Below, in pieces: positions 30,768-40,919 of a DNA stretch of 64,000 bases. This DNA is from Bacteroidota bacterium (GTDB lineage: Bacteria > Bacteroidota > Bacteroidia > Cytophagales > Cyclobacteriaceae). The position numbers and the translations under genes were made by a program. How positions within the stretch are numbered: the stretch's first letter is position 1; each line of letters starts with the position of its first letter. Where the stretch lies: the NCBI GenBank assembly GCA_013285945.1, contig JABDGP010000001.1, positions 9,081 to 73,080 of the forward strand, given 5' to 3'. The notes beneath the pieces are model-generated. The model saw only the letters and a list, made by a program, of their open reading frames with translations. It did no database searches and was not told where the DNA came from.

Positions 30768-31114
30768 TTTTTCTTTTGATAAGTGATTAAAATAAATTTA
30801 TTTTCAAATGTAGTTACAAATTCAGTAGGTCGGATTCCATTTTGAGCCAAGTTGTAACAAATGGTTAATTGTTCACTCTCCATTTTATAGATGCACGTGA
30901 ACACCTTTCCTTTATTAGGTCCATTTGTTCCTTTGATATCCATAGCATTTCCGCTTGGATAACTTAAAATCCCAGAATCGGAAATATTTTCACCTGACCA
31001 AATTTTATAAGCGCCGTCCATTATTTCCAGCTTTTCATTTTGAAATGATGCTGTGATATCCTGCCCACTCAGTTGGGCGCTGACAATTATCCAAATGGCG
31101 TTTAAAGTATTCAT
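30764..31114 (-). CDS. TIGR03067-like small beta protein
   Basis: L...W..VSA...G, MDI.G..GPNKG...IYK....LTICY...RPTEF pattern. Confidence 0.65.
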   Translation of the reverse strand: MNTLNAIWIIVSAQLSGQDITASFQNEKLEIMDGAYKIWSGENISDSGILSYPSGNAMDIKGTNGPNKGKVFTCIYKMESEQLTICYNLAQNGIRPTEFVTTFENKFILITYQKKK

Positions 31115-31360
31115 ATTAGAAGATGTTTTGGTTATCAAATACAGTGGCAAATCAAGGATTGAACAACCTAAAAAGCATCATCCAAAAGTATGATTTATTA
31201 ATAATCAGCCTTTAGTACGAGTGATGATGGATTCCAGGTGGACTGTTGTCAGCCAGATTTATAAATTGACTGGCAAATTGTGTAAGAACAGGCTACATTC
31301 ACAAACCATGATTAATTTTGAACTAACTGAGACTTGGCAGTTTCTTTAAACAAAACGGCA

Positions 31361-32118
31361 ATGGCACCAAAAATAGCACTTGTAACTGGCGCAAGCCGCG
31401 GATTGGGAAAGGACATGGCACTGAACCTTGCGAAAAAAGGATTGGATGTAATCCTGACCTACAACACCAACAAAATCGAAGCAGAAAAAGTAGTTAGTGA
31501 AATAGTTCAGATGAAACGGAAAGCGGTTGCGCTACAGGTTGATATGGCAAACATTAAATCGCTTGATAGTTTCATAGGTCAGATAGCTTCTGCTTTGAAA
31601 TCGAATTGGAATGCAGACAAATTCGATTTTCTGATTAATAATGCCGGAACCGGAGCTACCATTCCAATCTCACAAGTAACCGAGGAGGCATTCGATAATT
31701 TATTGAATATTCATTATAAGGGAGTTTATTTTCTTACCCATAAAGCAATTCCCATCATAAACGATCATGGTGGAGTGATTTTTATTTCCTCCGGAACCAC
31801 CGTTTTTGTGTTCCTGGTTATTCTGTTTATTCTTCAATGAAGGGAGCAATCGAAGTTTTTAGCAGGTCTGTTGCCAAGGAATTTGGATCCCGTGGTATTC
31901 GCGCTAACGTGGTTGCTCCCGGACCGATCGAAACAGACTTCAACAGTGCGGCTATCCGTAACAACCCGCAAATGAAATCAAATCTTGCCGGTGTCACAGC
32001 TCTTGGCCGAGTTGGGCAAACTGACGACATTGGAAGCGTAGTGGCTTTTTTATGTACTGACGAGGCGCGCTGGATCAACGCCCAAAGGATTGAAGTTTCT
32101 GGTGGAGTGAATATTTGA
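31361..32118 (+). pseudogene. SDR oxidoreductase split by a single-base frameshift near 31800
   Basis: 5' frame has TGASRGLG, NNAG, ISSGTT; the -1 frame from 31801 continues RFCVPGYSVYSSMK (YxxxK), APGPIETD, EVSGG. Confidence 0.8.
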
Positions 32119-32124
32119 TTCTCG

Positions 32125-32820
32125 ATGGTTTCAGAAAATGCAAAGCGCTGGGTTAAGAGAATTCGAAAAGTTTTTTTAATTCTTTTTGTTACTCAACTGG
32201 TCTACATCATAATGTTAAAATGGGTCGATCCGCCAATTACGATTACCCAACTCTCCAACTGGATAAGCGGAAATGGATTGAAAAGAGATTATGTTGATTA
32301 CAGTGAAATGTCACCCAATATCCGGCTGGCAGTTATGGCATCTGAGGATCAATTATTTCCCGATCACAATGGGTTTGATATTAATAGCATAAAGGATGCC
32401 TTAACTGAGAAGACTAAAAAAAGAAAGCAGGTTCGTGGTGCATCTACGATCTCACAGCAGGTTGCAAAAAATGTTTTTCTCTGGCAGGGTCGTAGCTGGA
32501 TTCGTAAAGGCCTGGAAGCCTACACCACGTTCATGATCGAACTTGTATGGGGAAAGAAACGAATCCTGGAAATGTACCTCAATGTAAGCGAAATGGGCAA
32601 AGGGGTTTTTGGTATTGAGGCTGCCTCAAGAATTTACTTTAATAAATCAGCCAAAAAACTTAACCGGACTGAAGCATCAATGATTGCGGCTTGCTTTCCA
32701 AATCCCAAGCGAATCAGGGTGCAGCCTCCTTCGCCTTACGTTATACAGCGCTCGCAACAAATCCTGGCACAAATGAACAACATCGAGCCTGATGAGGATA
32801 TACAGAAACTGTTGAAGTAA
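32125..32820 (+). CDS. mtgA: Monofunctional peptidoglycan transglycosylase
   Basis: SEDQLF..H.G, RGASTISQQVAKN, RKGLEA, RILEMYLN, PNP. Confidence 0.93.
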   Translation: MVSENAKRWVKRIRKVFLILFVTQLVYIIMLKWVDPPITITQLSNWISGNGLKRDYVDYSEMSPNIRLAVMASEDQLFPDHNGFDINSIKDALTEKTKKRKQVRGASTISQQVAKNVFLWQGRSWIRKGLEAYTTFMIELVWGKKRILEMYLNVSEMGKGVFGIEAASRIYFNKSAKKLNRTEASMIAACFPNPKRIRVQPPSPYVIQRSQQILAQMNNIEPDEDIQKLLK

Positions 32821-32828
32821 TTTTCAGA

Positions 32829-33239
32829 CTAAAGCCACAAAGTCTGGATCACGGCTGCTGCTATTGATCCAATTAAGTGGTAGCCTGAATCTATTATTCC
32901 AAGTAAAAAAGTTTTCCTTGTGTACATGTGGCTTACGGTTATACCAACTGAAGCAAAGATGCCAGCCAGCAGCCCGATTTTAGCTCCCAGCAACCAGGTG
33001 GACGGCCTTATAATTTGTATCAAACACCCGATGCCAATGCAGGTGATAAAACAATAGACAAATGTGATTGCCATCAGTTTTCCCATTCCTTTTTTTTCTT
33101 CTTCGGTTGGAGGCGATAAGGCATGACCTTTCATCCAGGTTGTGCCCAGAACTTTTGGATTGAAATAAATTGCTCCCAGAGCAAAATAGACAACCGCCGA
33201 GACAGCTATTGCCAGATAATTGAGGTGTGAGAGAATCAT
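32829..33239 (-). CDS. DUF1761-like four-TM protein
   Basis: NYLAI..A...F.LGAIYF.P..G..W and IDSGY motifs. Confidence 0.75.
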   Translation of the reverse strand: MILSHLNYLAIAVSAVVYFALGAIYFNPKVLGTTWMKGHALSPPTEEEKKGMGKLMAITFVYCFITCIGIGCLIQIIRPSTWLLGAKIGLLAGIFASVGITVSHMYTRKTFLLGIIDSGYHLIGSIAAAVIQTLWL

Positions 33240-33306
33240 AATGATTGAGGTTTAGGTTATATCAAATATAAGGGGTTTTCACATTTTTCAGGCGCTCAAT
33301 TCTTTC

Positions 33307-33314
33307 TACCTTTG
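33307..33314 (+). promoter_or_regulatory. -7 promoter box for lepA
   Basis: TACCTTTG (TAnnTTTG) 24 nt upstream of ATG. Confidence 0.65.
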
Positions 33315-33337
33315 CGGCTAAATTAACTTGGAACTGA

Positions 33338-35131
33338 ATGGCTGGCATGGAGAACATCCGCAATTTTTGCATTATAGCACACATCGATCACGGTAAAAGC
33401 ACTCTGGCCGACCGGCTTTTGGAGTTTACCGGGACCCTTACTAACCGTCAAATGCAGGCGCAAGTGCTCGATAATATGGATTTGGAGCGAGAAAAAGGAA
33501 TTACCATTAAATCGCACGCTATCCAGATGAACTATAAACTGGACGGAAAGGAATACATACTCAATCTAATAGACACACCTGGTCACGTTGACTTTTCGTA
33601 TGAGGTAAGCCGCTCAATTGCGGCATGCGAAGGTGCACTTTTGATAGTCGATGCTGCCCAAGGGATACAGGCGCAAACGATCTCCAATTTGTATTTGGCG
33701 CTAGAACATGATCTTGAGATTATTCCAGTTTTGAATAAAATTGACCTTCCGGCTGCAATGCCTGATGAGGTTACTGATCAGATTGTAGAATTGATTGGCT
33801 GCGAACGAGATGCCGTGATCCGTGCTAGCGCAAAAGAGGGAATTGGTATTGAAGAAATTCTGAAAGCAGCTGTTCAAAGAATTCCAGCGCCAAAGGGCGA
33901 TCCAAAAGCTCCGTTGCAGGCAATGATTTTTGACTCGGTGTTTAATTCGTTTCGCGGTATAGAAGTTTACTATCGGGTATTCAATGGCACCATGCGCAAG
34001 AATGACCAGATCAAATTTGTAAATGCAGATAAGCAATATGGTGCTGATGAAATCGGGGTCTTGAAACTGGATAAGTTTCCTCAGAATGAAATAAGTGCAG
34101 GTAATGTGGGCTATCTTATTTCGGGCATTAAAGTAGCGAAGGAGGTTAAAGTGGGAGATACGATTACATTGGTAAGCAATCCGGGAGAAGCGATTAAAGG
34201 TTTTGAAGATGTGAAGCCAATGGTGTTTGCAGGGATTTATCCGGTTGAGACTTCAGAGTTTGAAGAGTTACGCGCATCAATGGAAAAACTTCAGCTCAAT
34301 GATGCGTCTTTAGTTTGGGAGCCAGAAACATCGGCAGCACTGGGTTTTGGATTTCGTTGCGGTTTCCTCGGAATGTTACACATGGAAATTATTCAGGAAA
34401 GGCTCGAGCGTGAGTTTAATATGACGGTAATCACTACGGTGCCATCAGTTCAGTTTAAAGCAACGCTTACCAACGGGAAAGTAATTGACATTAATGCGCC
34501 TTCTGAAATGCCCGATCCTACAACCATGGATTTTATTGAAGAGCCTTTTATACGTGCACAAATAATTTCAAAGTCAGAGTTTATTGGCCCGATCATCGGC
34601 TTGTGTATGGACAGACGTGGACAAATTAAAAACCAGAACTACCTCACCTCTGACCGGGTGGAACTTACGTTTGAAATGCCATTAGCAGAAATTGTGTTTG
34701 ATTTTTTTGATAAACTCAAAACTATTTCGAAGGGATACGCTTCATTGGATTACCATCTCATCGACTTGCGTGAAAGCGATATGGTGAAGTTGGATGTTCA
34801 ACTAAATGGAGAAAAAATTGATGCACTGTCGGCTATTGTTCACCGCAACAAAGCACAGGAGTGGGGAAGGAAGTTGTGTGAAAAATTGAAAGAGTTAATA
34901 CCACGCCACATGTTTGAAGTCGCAATTCAGGCTGCTATTGGGCAGAAGATTGTAGCGCGCGAAACGTTGAGTGCTATCCGCAAAAACGTGTTAGCAAAAT
35001 GCTATGGCGGTGATATTTCGCGCAAGCGCAAATTGCTTGAAAAACAAAAGAAAGGAAAGAAGAGAATGCGTCAGGTTGGAAATGTAGAGATTCCGCAGGA
35101 AGCATTTATGGCGGTGCTGAAAATAGAGTAA
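33338..35131 (+). CDS. lepA: Elongation factor 4
   Basis: [49 protein letters not shown]. Confidence 0.98.
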   Translation: MAGMENIRNFCIIAHIDHGKSTLADRLLEFTGTLTNRQMQAQVLDNMDLEREKGITIKSHAIQMNYKLDGKEYILNLIDTPGHVDFSYEVSRSIAACEGALLIVDAAQGIQAQTISNLYLALEHDLEIIPVLNKIDLPAAMPDEVTDQIVELIGCERDAVIRASAKEGIGIEEILKAAVQRIPAPKGDPKAPLQAMIFDSVFNSFRGIEVYYRVFNGTMRKNDQIKFVNADKQYGADEIGVLKLDKFPQNEISAGNVGYLISGIKVAKEVKVGDTITLVSNPGEAIKGFEDVKPMVFAGIYPVETSEFEELRASMEKLQLNDASLVWEPETSAALGFGFRCGFLGMLHMEIIQERLEREFNMTVITTVPSVQFKATLTNGKVIDINAPSEMPDPTTMDFIEEPFIRAQIISKSEFIGPIIGLCMDRRGQIKNQNYLTSDRVELTFEMPLAEIVFDFFDKLKTISKGYASLDYHLIDLRESDMVKLDVQLNGEKIDALSAIVHRNKAQEWGRKLCEKLKELIPRHMFEVAIQAAIGQKIVARETLSAIRKNVLAKCYGGDISRKRKLLEKQKKGKKRMRQVGNVEIPQEAFMAVLKIE

Positions 35132-35141
35132 TAGTTAGTTC

Positions 35142-35390
35142 ATGGACAAAAATTATGACGAGGTTCTTTCCGATATTTTGATTCAATTGGATGCAATTGA
35201 AAGACGAATGGCAAAGTCTGATACTCGAATGAATTTAACGGTGAAGCGAATAGTGATGATTGAAAATAAAATCGAGATGATTTTAAAGAAGCAAGATCAC
35301 TCAATCATGGCACTTCAAGAATTCATTGCAATGCAATCGAAATTAAACAAGTATTTTTTGAACTATATGGAGAAGAATCCATTTAAATAG
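35142..35390 (+). CDS. Hypothetical coiled-coil protein, 82 aa
   Basis: Tightly packed after lepA (10 nt), heptad-like helical sequence, visibly AT-rich. Confidence 0.65.
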   Translation: MDKNYDEVLSDILIQLDAIERRMAKSDTRMNLTVKRIVMIENKIEMILKKQDHSIMALQEFIAMQSKLNKYFLNYMEKNPFK

Positions 35391-35397
35391 ATTCTTT

Positions 35398-35586
35398 ATG
35401 AAGCAAGGAAAAAAGAAATTTAAAAACATAAAGGAAATGATGACCTTCTTAGACAGCTTAAGAAAGCGTAATGAGAGTGCAATTAAATATCATGATGTTG
35501 AAATAAAAAAATACGAAGACTTATTGAATAAGACTGAGAATATGGTGACAGAGCCTATAAAACAATATCGAAGGAGAATCAAATAA
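35398..35586 (+). CDS. Hypothetical basic protein, 62 aa
   Basis: 7 nt after previous stop and 5 nt before folD; helical, Lys/Arg-rich. Confidence 0.6.
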   Translation: MKQGKKKFKNIKEMMTFLDSLRKRNESAIKYHDVEIKKYEDLLNKTENMVTEPIKQYRRRIK

Positions 35587-35591
35587 TTTCA

Positions 35592-36479
35592 ATGACAGAA
35601 ACTACATCATATACCCTCATCGATGGTCGCAAAGTAGCCAATGATATCAAATTGGAAATTTCGCAAAAGGTAGCCGAGCGAAAAGCACAAAACAAAAAAG
35701 TGCCGCACCTGGCCATCATTTTGGTTGGCGATGACGGAGCTAGTCAGACGTATGTAGATTTTAAAGTGAAGGCATGTAAGGAAGTTGGCTTTCATTACAC
35801 TATGATGCGCTTTGCAGATACCATCAGCGAAGACAAGCTGATGAAACACATTGATCAGGTAAATCGCGATGAAGATGTGGATGGATTCATCGTGCAATTG
35901 CCCTTGCCTGCTAACATTAGCGTTGAACGTATCACGGAAAAAATTCGACCGGATAAAGATGTAGATGGATTTACCAACCGGAATTTTGGCAGTATCGTTT
36001 CTAAAAACCCGTTGCTGCTTCCGGCAACTCCTTTTGGCGTGATGGAATTATTGAAACGATACAACATTCCTACCGAAGGAAAGAATTGCGTGGTTGTAGG
36101 AGCGAGTCGACTGGTGGGTGCACCACTTAGTATGATGTTGGTGGAAGAAGGAAAAGCAACAGTAACGATTTGTCATAAGCACACCAAAGACATTAAAATG
36201 TACACGCTTCACGCTGACATATTGATAGCGGCGGTGGGCAAGCCCGGATTGATTACGGCCGATATGGTGAAAGAAGGAGCGGTGGTAATTGATGTTGGTA
36301 CTACACGCGTAGAAGGCCCGCAATATAAAAACGGTTATACATTAAAAGGCGATGTCGACTTCAAAGAGGTGGCTTCAAAAACATCGTTTATTACTCCGGT
36401 GCCAGGCGGTGTTGGCCCGATGACCATAGCATCTCTTCTTCTCAATACGCTGCGGGCTACTGAACTACGAAACCCGTAG
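35592..36479 (+). CDS. folD: Methylenetetrahydrofolate dehydrogenase/cyclohydrolase
   Basis: YVxxK, VQLPLP, KDVDG, PATP, IDVG, TPVPGGVGPMT. Confidence 0.95.
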   Translation: MTETTSYTLIDGRKVANDIKLEISQKVAERKAQNKKVPHLAIILVGDDGASQTYVDFKVKACKEVGFHYTMMRFADTISEDKLMKHIDQVNRDEDVDGFIVQLPLPANISVERITEKIRPDKDVDGFTNRNFGSIVSKNPLLLPATPFGVMELLKRYNIPTEGKNCVVVGASRLVGAPLSMMLVEEGKATVTICHKHTKDIKMYTLHADILIAAVGKPGLITADMVKEGAVVIDVGTTRVEGPQYKNGYTLKGDVDFKEVASKTSFITPVPGGVGPMTIASLLLNTLRATELRNP

Positions 36480-36552
36480 TTCGTTATTAGTTATTGTTAA
36501 TAGTTGATCGATGACTCTGCAAGTAACGAATAACGAAATAGCGAATAACGAA
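36480..36552. repeat. Inverted heptamer-repeat element between folD and queE
   Basis: Left arm TTCGTTA-TTAGTTA-TTGTTAA (36480-36500); right arm TAACGAA-TAACGAA-aTAGCGAA-TAACGAA (36524-36552), made of reverse-complement units. Confidence 0.75.
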
Positions 36553-37176
36553 TTGGAAACCTCAACACTTAAGTCTACTTCAATGCTTCCGGTGATGGAA
36601 TCTTTCTATACCATTCAGGGTGAAGGCTTTTATCAAGGGAGTGCTGCTTATTTTATCAGGCTGGCAGGTTGTGATGTCGGCTGTGTATGGTGCGATGTGA
36701 AAGAATCATGGGATGTAAATGCGCACCCCAAACTGGAAATACATGACATTGTAAAAAAAGCCAAATCTTCGGGAAGTGAAATAGCCGTGATCACAGGCGG
36801 TGAACCAGCAATGCATAATTTGAATTTACTAACAAGCGAACTTCAAAAATCGGGTTTGAAAACCAATATCGAGACGTCGGGAGTTTATCCGCTCACCGGA
36901 AACTGGGATTGGATCTGTTTTTCACCTAAGAAATTTAAGACTGCTGACTCTTCGATTTTTAAACGAGCCAACGAACTTAAAATTATAGTCTATAATAAAA
37001 GTGATTTTGATTGGGCAGAAGAATATGCTTTAAAGGTAACTGATTCCTGCGAATTGTTTTTGCAACCCGAATGGTCGAGAGAAAAAGAAATGGTGCCGCT
37101 GATTATAGAGTATGTTAAGGCACATCCAAAGTGGAAAGTCTCTTTACAAATTCATAAATACATGAATATCCCTTAA
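36511..37176 (+). CDS. queE: 7-carboxy-7-deazaguanine synthase (radical SAM)
   Basis: FYTIQGEG, FIRLAGCDVGCVWCD (CxxxCxxC), TGGEP, IETSG, SPK, QIHK; true start may be 36583. Confidence 0.93.
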   Translation: MTLQVTNNEIANNELETSTLKSTSMLPVMESFYTIQGEGFYQGSAAYFIRLAGCDVGCVWCDVKESWDVNAHPKLEIHDIVKKAKSSGSEIAVITGGEPAMHNLNLLTSELQKSGLKTNIETSGVYPLTGNWDWICFSPKKFKTADSSIFKRANELKIIVYNKSDFDWAEEYALKVTDSCELFLQPEWSREKEMVPLIIEYVKAHPKWKVSLQIHKYMNIP

Positions 37177-37194
37177 TAGGATTTCTATAGTACA

Positions 37195-38163
37195 ATGGTT
37201 ATTAAAGAATTTGAATCAAAACTAAATAAATGGGGACGCGAACAAGTCCCTTTTTTGTTTTTTGTTGATTTTGAATTGGAAAGACCTTTGGCTTGGAAGC
37301 TGAGTGAGGTTCCAAAGGATATTTTATTTTCGATAAATGGTTTCGCCAATTGTATACCACAAAGTCTAGACCATAAAATTGTATCAATACTGAAACACCC
37401 GATTTCTTTTTCAGCGTACAAATCTAAATTTGATTCTGTAAAGGATCGTATTCGGCAAGGCGATTCATATTTGACCAATCTCACCATCAGAACTAAGATT
37501 GAGGTAAATTGTTCATTAGAAGAGCTTTTTTTCAGGAGTACCGCCAAATACAAAGTGTGCTGGAAAAATAAATTTCTTGTTTTCTCTCCCGAAATATTTA
37601 TTCAAATTCGTGACGGTAAAATTTTTTCCTATCCAATGAAGGGAACGATTGACGCTTCATTACAGCAGGCTGCAGAAACTATTTTAGCCGATGCCAAGGA
37701 ACTGTCTGAGCATGTAACTATTGTAGACTTGATCCGGAATGATTTGAGCCGGGTGTCTGATAAGGTTGTCGTAAATCGGTTTCGTTATGTTGACGAAATT
37801 CAGACAAGCCAGAAAACGCTGCTACAGGTAAGCTCAGAAATTAGCGGTCGACTGCCCAAAAACCATAATTATAACATTGGATCAATTTTGGTTTCCATGT
37901 TGCCGGCGGGCTCGGTTAGTGGTGCTCCAAAGAAAAAAACCTTACAAATCATTCACGAAACGGAAAAAATGAAACGCGGATACTACACCGGTGTAGTTGG
38001 CTACTTTGATGGACAGGATTTAGATGCTGGTGTGATGATTCGTTTTATAGAGCAAGATGAGAATCAATTTTACTATCGCAGTGGCGGGGGTATAACTTCT
38101 CAAAGTGTCGCCGAAACAGAATACGAAGAAGTACTGGATAAAATCTATGCACCGGTTTATTGA
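37195..38163 (+). CDS. pabB: Aminodeoxychorismate synthase component I
   Basis: FSPE, PMKGT, KELSEH.TIVDLIRNDL, PAGSVSGAPK, RGYYTG, SGGGIT. Confidence 0.92.
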   Translation: MVIKEFESKLNKWGREQVPFLFFVDFELERPLAWKLSEVPKDILFSINGFANCIPQSLDHKIVSILKHPISFSAYKSKFDSVKDRIRQGDSYLTNLTIRTKIEVNCSLEELFFRSTAKYKVCWKNKFLVFSPEIFIQIRDGKIFSYPMKGTIDASLQQAAETILADAKELSEHVTIVDLIRNDLSRVSDKVVVNRFRYVDEIQTSQKTLLQVSSEISGRLPKNHNYNIGSILVSMLPAGSVSGAPKKKTLQIIHETEKMKRGYYTGVVGYFDGQDLDAGVMIRFIEQDENQFYYRSGGGITSQSVAETEYEEVLDKIYAPVY

Positions 38164-38743
38164 GACCATAAGACTCGAAAACGGCCATCTCAGTAATCTT
38201 GATTATCATCAAACAAGAATGAATCATGCCTTTAGAGAATTTTTTCACGGCCAACCTGTAATTGATATTAATTATTTCCTATCAACCTGTCCTATGCCCA
38301 ACGTGGGTTTGCATAAAGTGAGAATTGTTTACGACACCGAAGTGCAATCAGTACAAATCAGCTCTTATAAAATCAAGGAAATAAAGACTTTGAGGATTGT
38401 TAATGGTGATTCTATTTCTTATTCCCACAAATTCGAGGACCGTGGTGAACTGGAAAAACTTTTTGATTTACGGCAAAATAGTGAAGACATAATCGTCGTT
38501 AAAGATGGTGAGCTTACTGATGCTTCATTTGCTAATTTGACTTTTAAGAAAGCTGATAGGTGGTTCACTCCTTCGAATTTTTTATTGAATGGAACCATGC
38601 GCCAGCAATTGCTGGATAAAGGGTTAATTGAAGAAGCTACTATTTTGGTTGAGGATTTGGGTAACTATGAAAAGGTAAAACTAATTAACGCAATGCTTCT
38701 ATTTGACGGCCCCGAAATTGATGTGTCTCAAATAGTTGAGTAG
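38147..38743 (+). CDS. Aminotransferase class IV / 4-amino-4-deoxychorismate lyase-like
   Basis: FIETI, H..RM, TD.SFANL, TP...LL.GTMR, LINAM; overlaps the pabB stop. Confidence 0.82.
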   Translation: MHRFIETIRLENGHLSNLDYHQTRMNHAFREFFHGQPVIDINYFLSTCPMPNVGLHKVRIVYDTEVQSVQISSYKIKEIKTLRIVNGDSISYSHKFEDRGELEKLFDLRQNSEDIIVVKDGELTDASFANLTFKKADRWFTPSNFLLNGTMRQQLLDKGLIEEATILVEDLGNYEKVKLINAMLLFDGPEIDVSQIVE

Positions 38744-38751
38744 CTTTGACA

Positions 38752-40653
38752 ATGCTCAAAACGAAATTCATTTTTTTAGCATTCTCAGCCCTGCTTTCAG
38801 CCCAGGCTTTTCCTCAAGGGCTTAGCACCAAAAACAAAAAAGCGATTGATCTTTACATTGAAGCAGATAATTATCGCGTCCGAGGTCAGTATGATCAAGC
38901 TATTCATCTGCTAAAACAAGCAATTGATCGCGATCAGAAGTTTGAAGAAGCCTATTATCGGCTTGGCACAACATATCGAAGTGCGGGAGATTTGGATCTG
39001 TCAAGTCAAAGTTTTGAGAAAGCGCTTGTTCTCACACCTTATCCTGTCAAGCAGAAAATTTATTTTTATTCATTGGGGGATAATTACCTGAGGACTGGAC
39101 AGTACGAAAAAGCGAAGACCAATCTCGAAAAATTCCTAAGTCTTGAGCGGACAGATAAAATCCTCATTGATCATGCGTCGTTATGGAAATCACAGGCCGA
39201 ATTTGGATTGACTCATCAAAATGAAAATGCAGGATATCAAATCAGGCAATTGAGCGACACCGTCAATTCGCATCCGATGCAATACTTTCCAGCCGTTACA
39301 GCAGATGGGCAAGAGTTGATCTTCACGGTGCGTTACGGAAGTGCCCATAACGACAATGAGGATATTTTTATTTCGTATAAAGATAATTTGGGACGTTGGC
39401 AGCCACCCGTTTCTATCTCTGCAAATATCAACACCGACTATCGCGAAGGTGCGTGCAGCATTTCAGCAGATGGTCGTCATTTGATTTTTACAATCTGCGG
39501 GCCTCGCGGTTGCGATTTATACGAAAGTAAAAAAGAAGGTGAAGTGTGGCGCAAGCCGGTGAGCCTGGGTGTAAATGTAAATAGTGGTGGTTGGGAGGCA
39601 CAGCCATCACTTTCGGCCGATGGCAAAGAGCTTTATTTCGTCAGTGATCGCAAAGGTGGACTAGGTGGCTACGATATCTGGTACTCAAAAAAAGATTCTA
39701 CCGGAGCGTGGATAAGAGCCGTCAATTTGGGCCGGTCGGTGAATACAAAATATGATGAGATGGCACCGTTCATTCATGTCAACAATCAGGATTTATATTT
39801 TGCTTCCAACGGACTGCCGGGTTTTGGTGGTTTTGATATTTATGTTGCCGAGAAAAACCTGTCGCAGTGGCAAGAGCCGAAAAACCTTGGGGCTCCGCTC
39901 AATGATTTTGAAGATCAATATTCATTTGTGGTGAGTAGTGACGGAACGAATTCGTTTTATTCCCGTGAGGAAGGAAGGTTGAAGAGCAAGATTTATCAGG
40001 CCGCTATTCCAAAAAAATTGCAAGTGCACAGCCGCGGCAATGTGGTAAAGGGAGTGGTGAGCGACAGCAAAACAAAAAACCCACTGCGCACCGAAGTTGA
40101 ATTATTCGATTTGAAGACCAATCAGAGGATCTCAGTTTTTGAATCAGATTCTGTAAACGGAAGTTATGTGATTGTTTTGCCCGGCAAGTCGGAATATGCA
40201 CTACATGTAACAGAACTGGGCTATTTATTTAACAGTTTGCATTTTAACTACGAAGAGAAGGACTTGGATCAGCCATTGGTCATTAATATAGAAATGCAGC
40301 CAATTGTAAAAAATGTGTCCACAGTGCTGAACAACATATTTTTTGACTTCAATCAGTTTGAAATCAACCCCAGGTCATATACCGAATTGAATGAAGTGAT
40401 AAAATTTTTGAACGATAACCCAAAACTAAAAGTTGAGATCAGTGGCCATACTGATAACGTGGGTGTTGAAAGTTATAATCAGCAGCTTTCGCAAAAGCGG
40501 GCACAGGCAATCGTAAGTTATTTTCTTTCTAAAGGAATTTCAACTAGCCGCTTGAGTCAAAAAGGACTTGGTTCGCAAAAACCTATTAAGCCCAACGATA
40601 CCGAAGAAAACCGACAGGTTAATCGAAGAATTGAGTTTAAGGTGATCGAGTAG
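38752..40653 (+). CDS. TPR-PD40-OmpA domain protein
   Basis: Signal peptide, TPR helices, PD40 repeats, ISGHTD...LSQKRA...NRRIEF. Confidence 0.9.
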   Translation: MLKTKFIFLAFSALLSAQAFPQGLSTKNKKAIDLYIEADNYRVRGQYDQAIHLLKQAIDRDQKFEEAYYRLGTTYRSAGDLDLSSQSFEKALVLTPYPVKQKIYFYSLGDNYLRTGQYEKAKTNLEKFLSLERTDKILIDHASLWKSQAEFGLTHQNENAGYQIRQLSDTVNSHPMQYFPAVTADGQELIFTVRYGSAHNDNEDIFISYKDNLGRWQPPVSISANINTDYREGACSISADGRHLIFTICGPRGCDLYESKKEGEVWRKPVSLGVNVNSGGWEAQPSLSADGKELYFVSDRKGGLGGYDIWYSKKDSTGAWIRAVNLGRSVNTKYDEMAPFIHVNNQDLYFASNGLPGFGGFDIYVAEKNLSQWQEPKNLGAPLNDFEDQYSFVVSSDGTNSFYSREEGRLKSKIYQAAIPKKLQVHSRGNVVKGVVSDSKTKNPLRTEVELFDLKTNQRISVFESDSVNGSYVIVLPGKSEYALHVTELGYLFNSLHFNYEEKDLDQPLVINIEMQPIVKNVSTVLNNIFFDFNQFEINPRSYTELNEVIKFLNDNPKLKVEISGHTDNVGVESYNQQLSQKRAQAIVSYFLSKGISTSRLSQKGLGSQKPIKPNDTEENRQVNRRIEFKVIE

Positions 40654-40919
40654 GGAGTTTCTCTCCTAACCATTTTATTTCCGATTCAGATTAAGCCCTT
40701 CTGATATAGGAGCACATACCACCTCGGCTTGTCTAATTAACATCTGGAGAAATAATTTGCCCGCAATCCTAGTAGGGCTGATTCCTAAATATAATAGTCA
40801 TTAACAATCGAATAATAATTCGTGGCTGCACTATGCTAATCGGGAAATTATGTGAAACAATGAATGCTTACCTCTGCGCCAAATTTAACTAGGTGTAATT
40901 CAATTAAACTAAAAAAAGC

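Noticed and set aside
36480-36552. CRISPR array or preQ1 riboswitch upstream of queE
   Set aside because: Repeats are 7-mers with no spacers and no cas genes; no preQ1 consensus recognised here or before queD.
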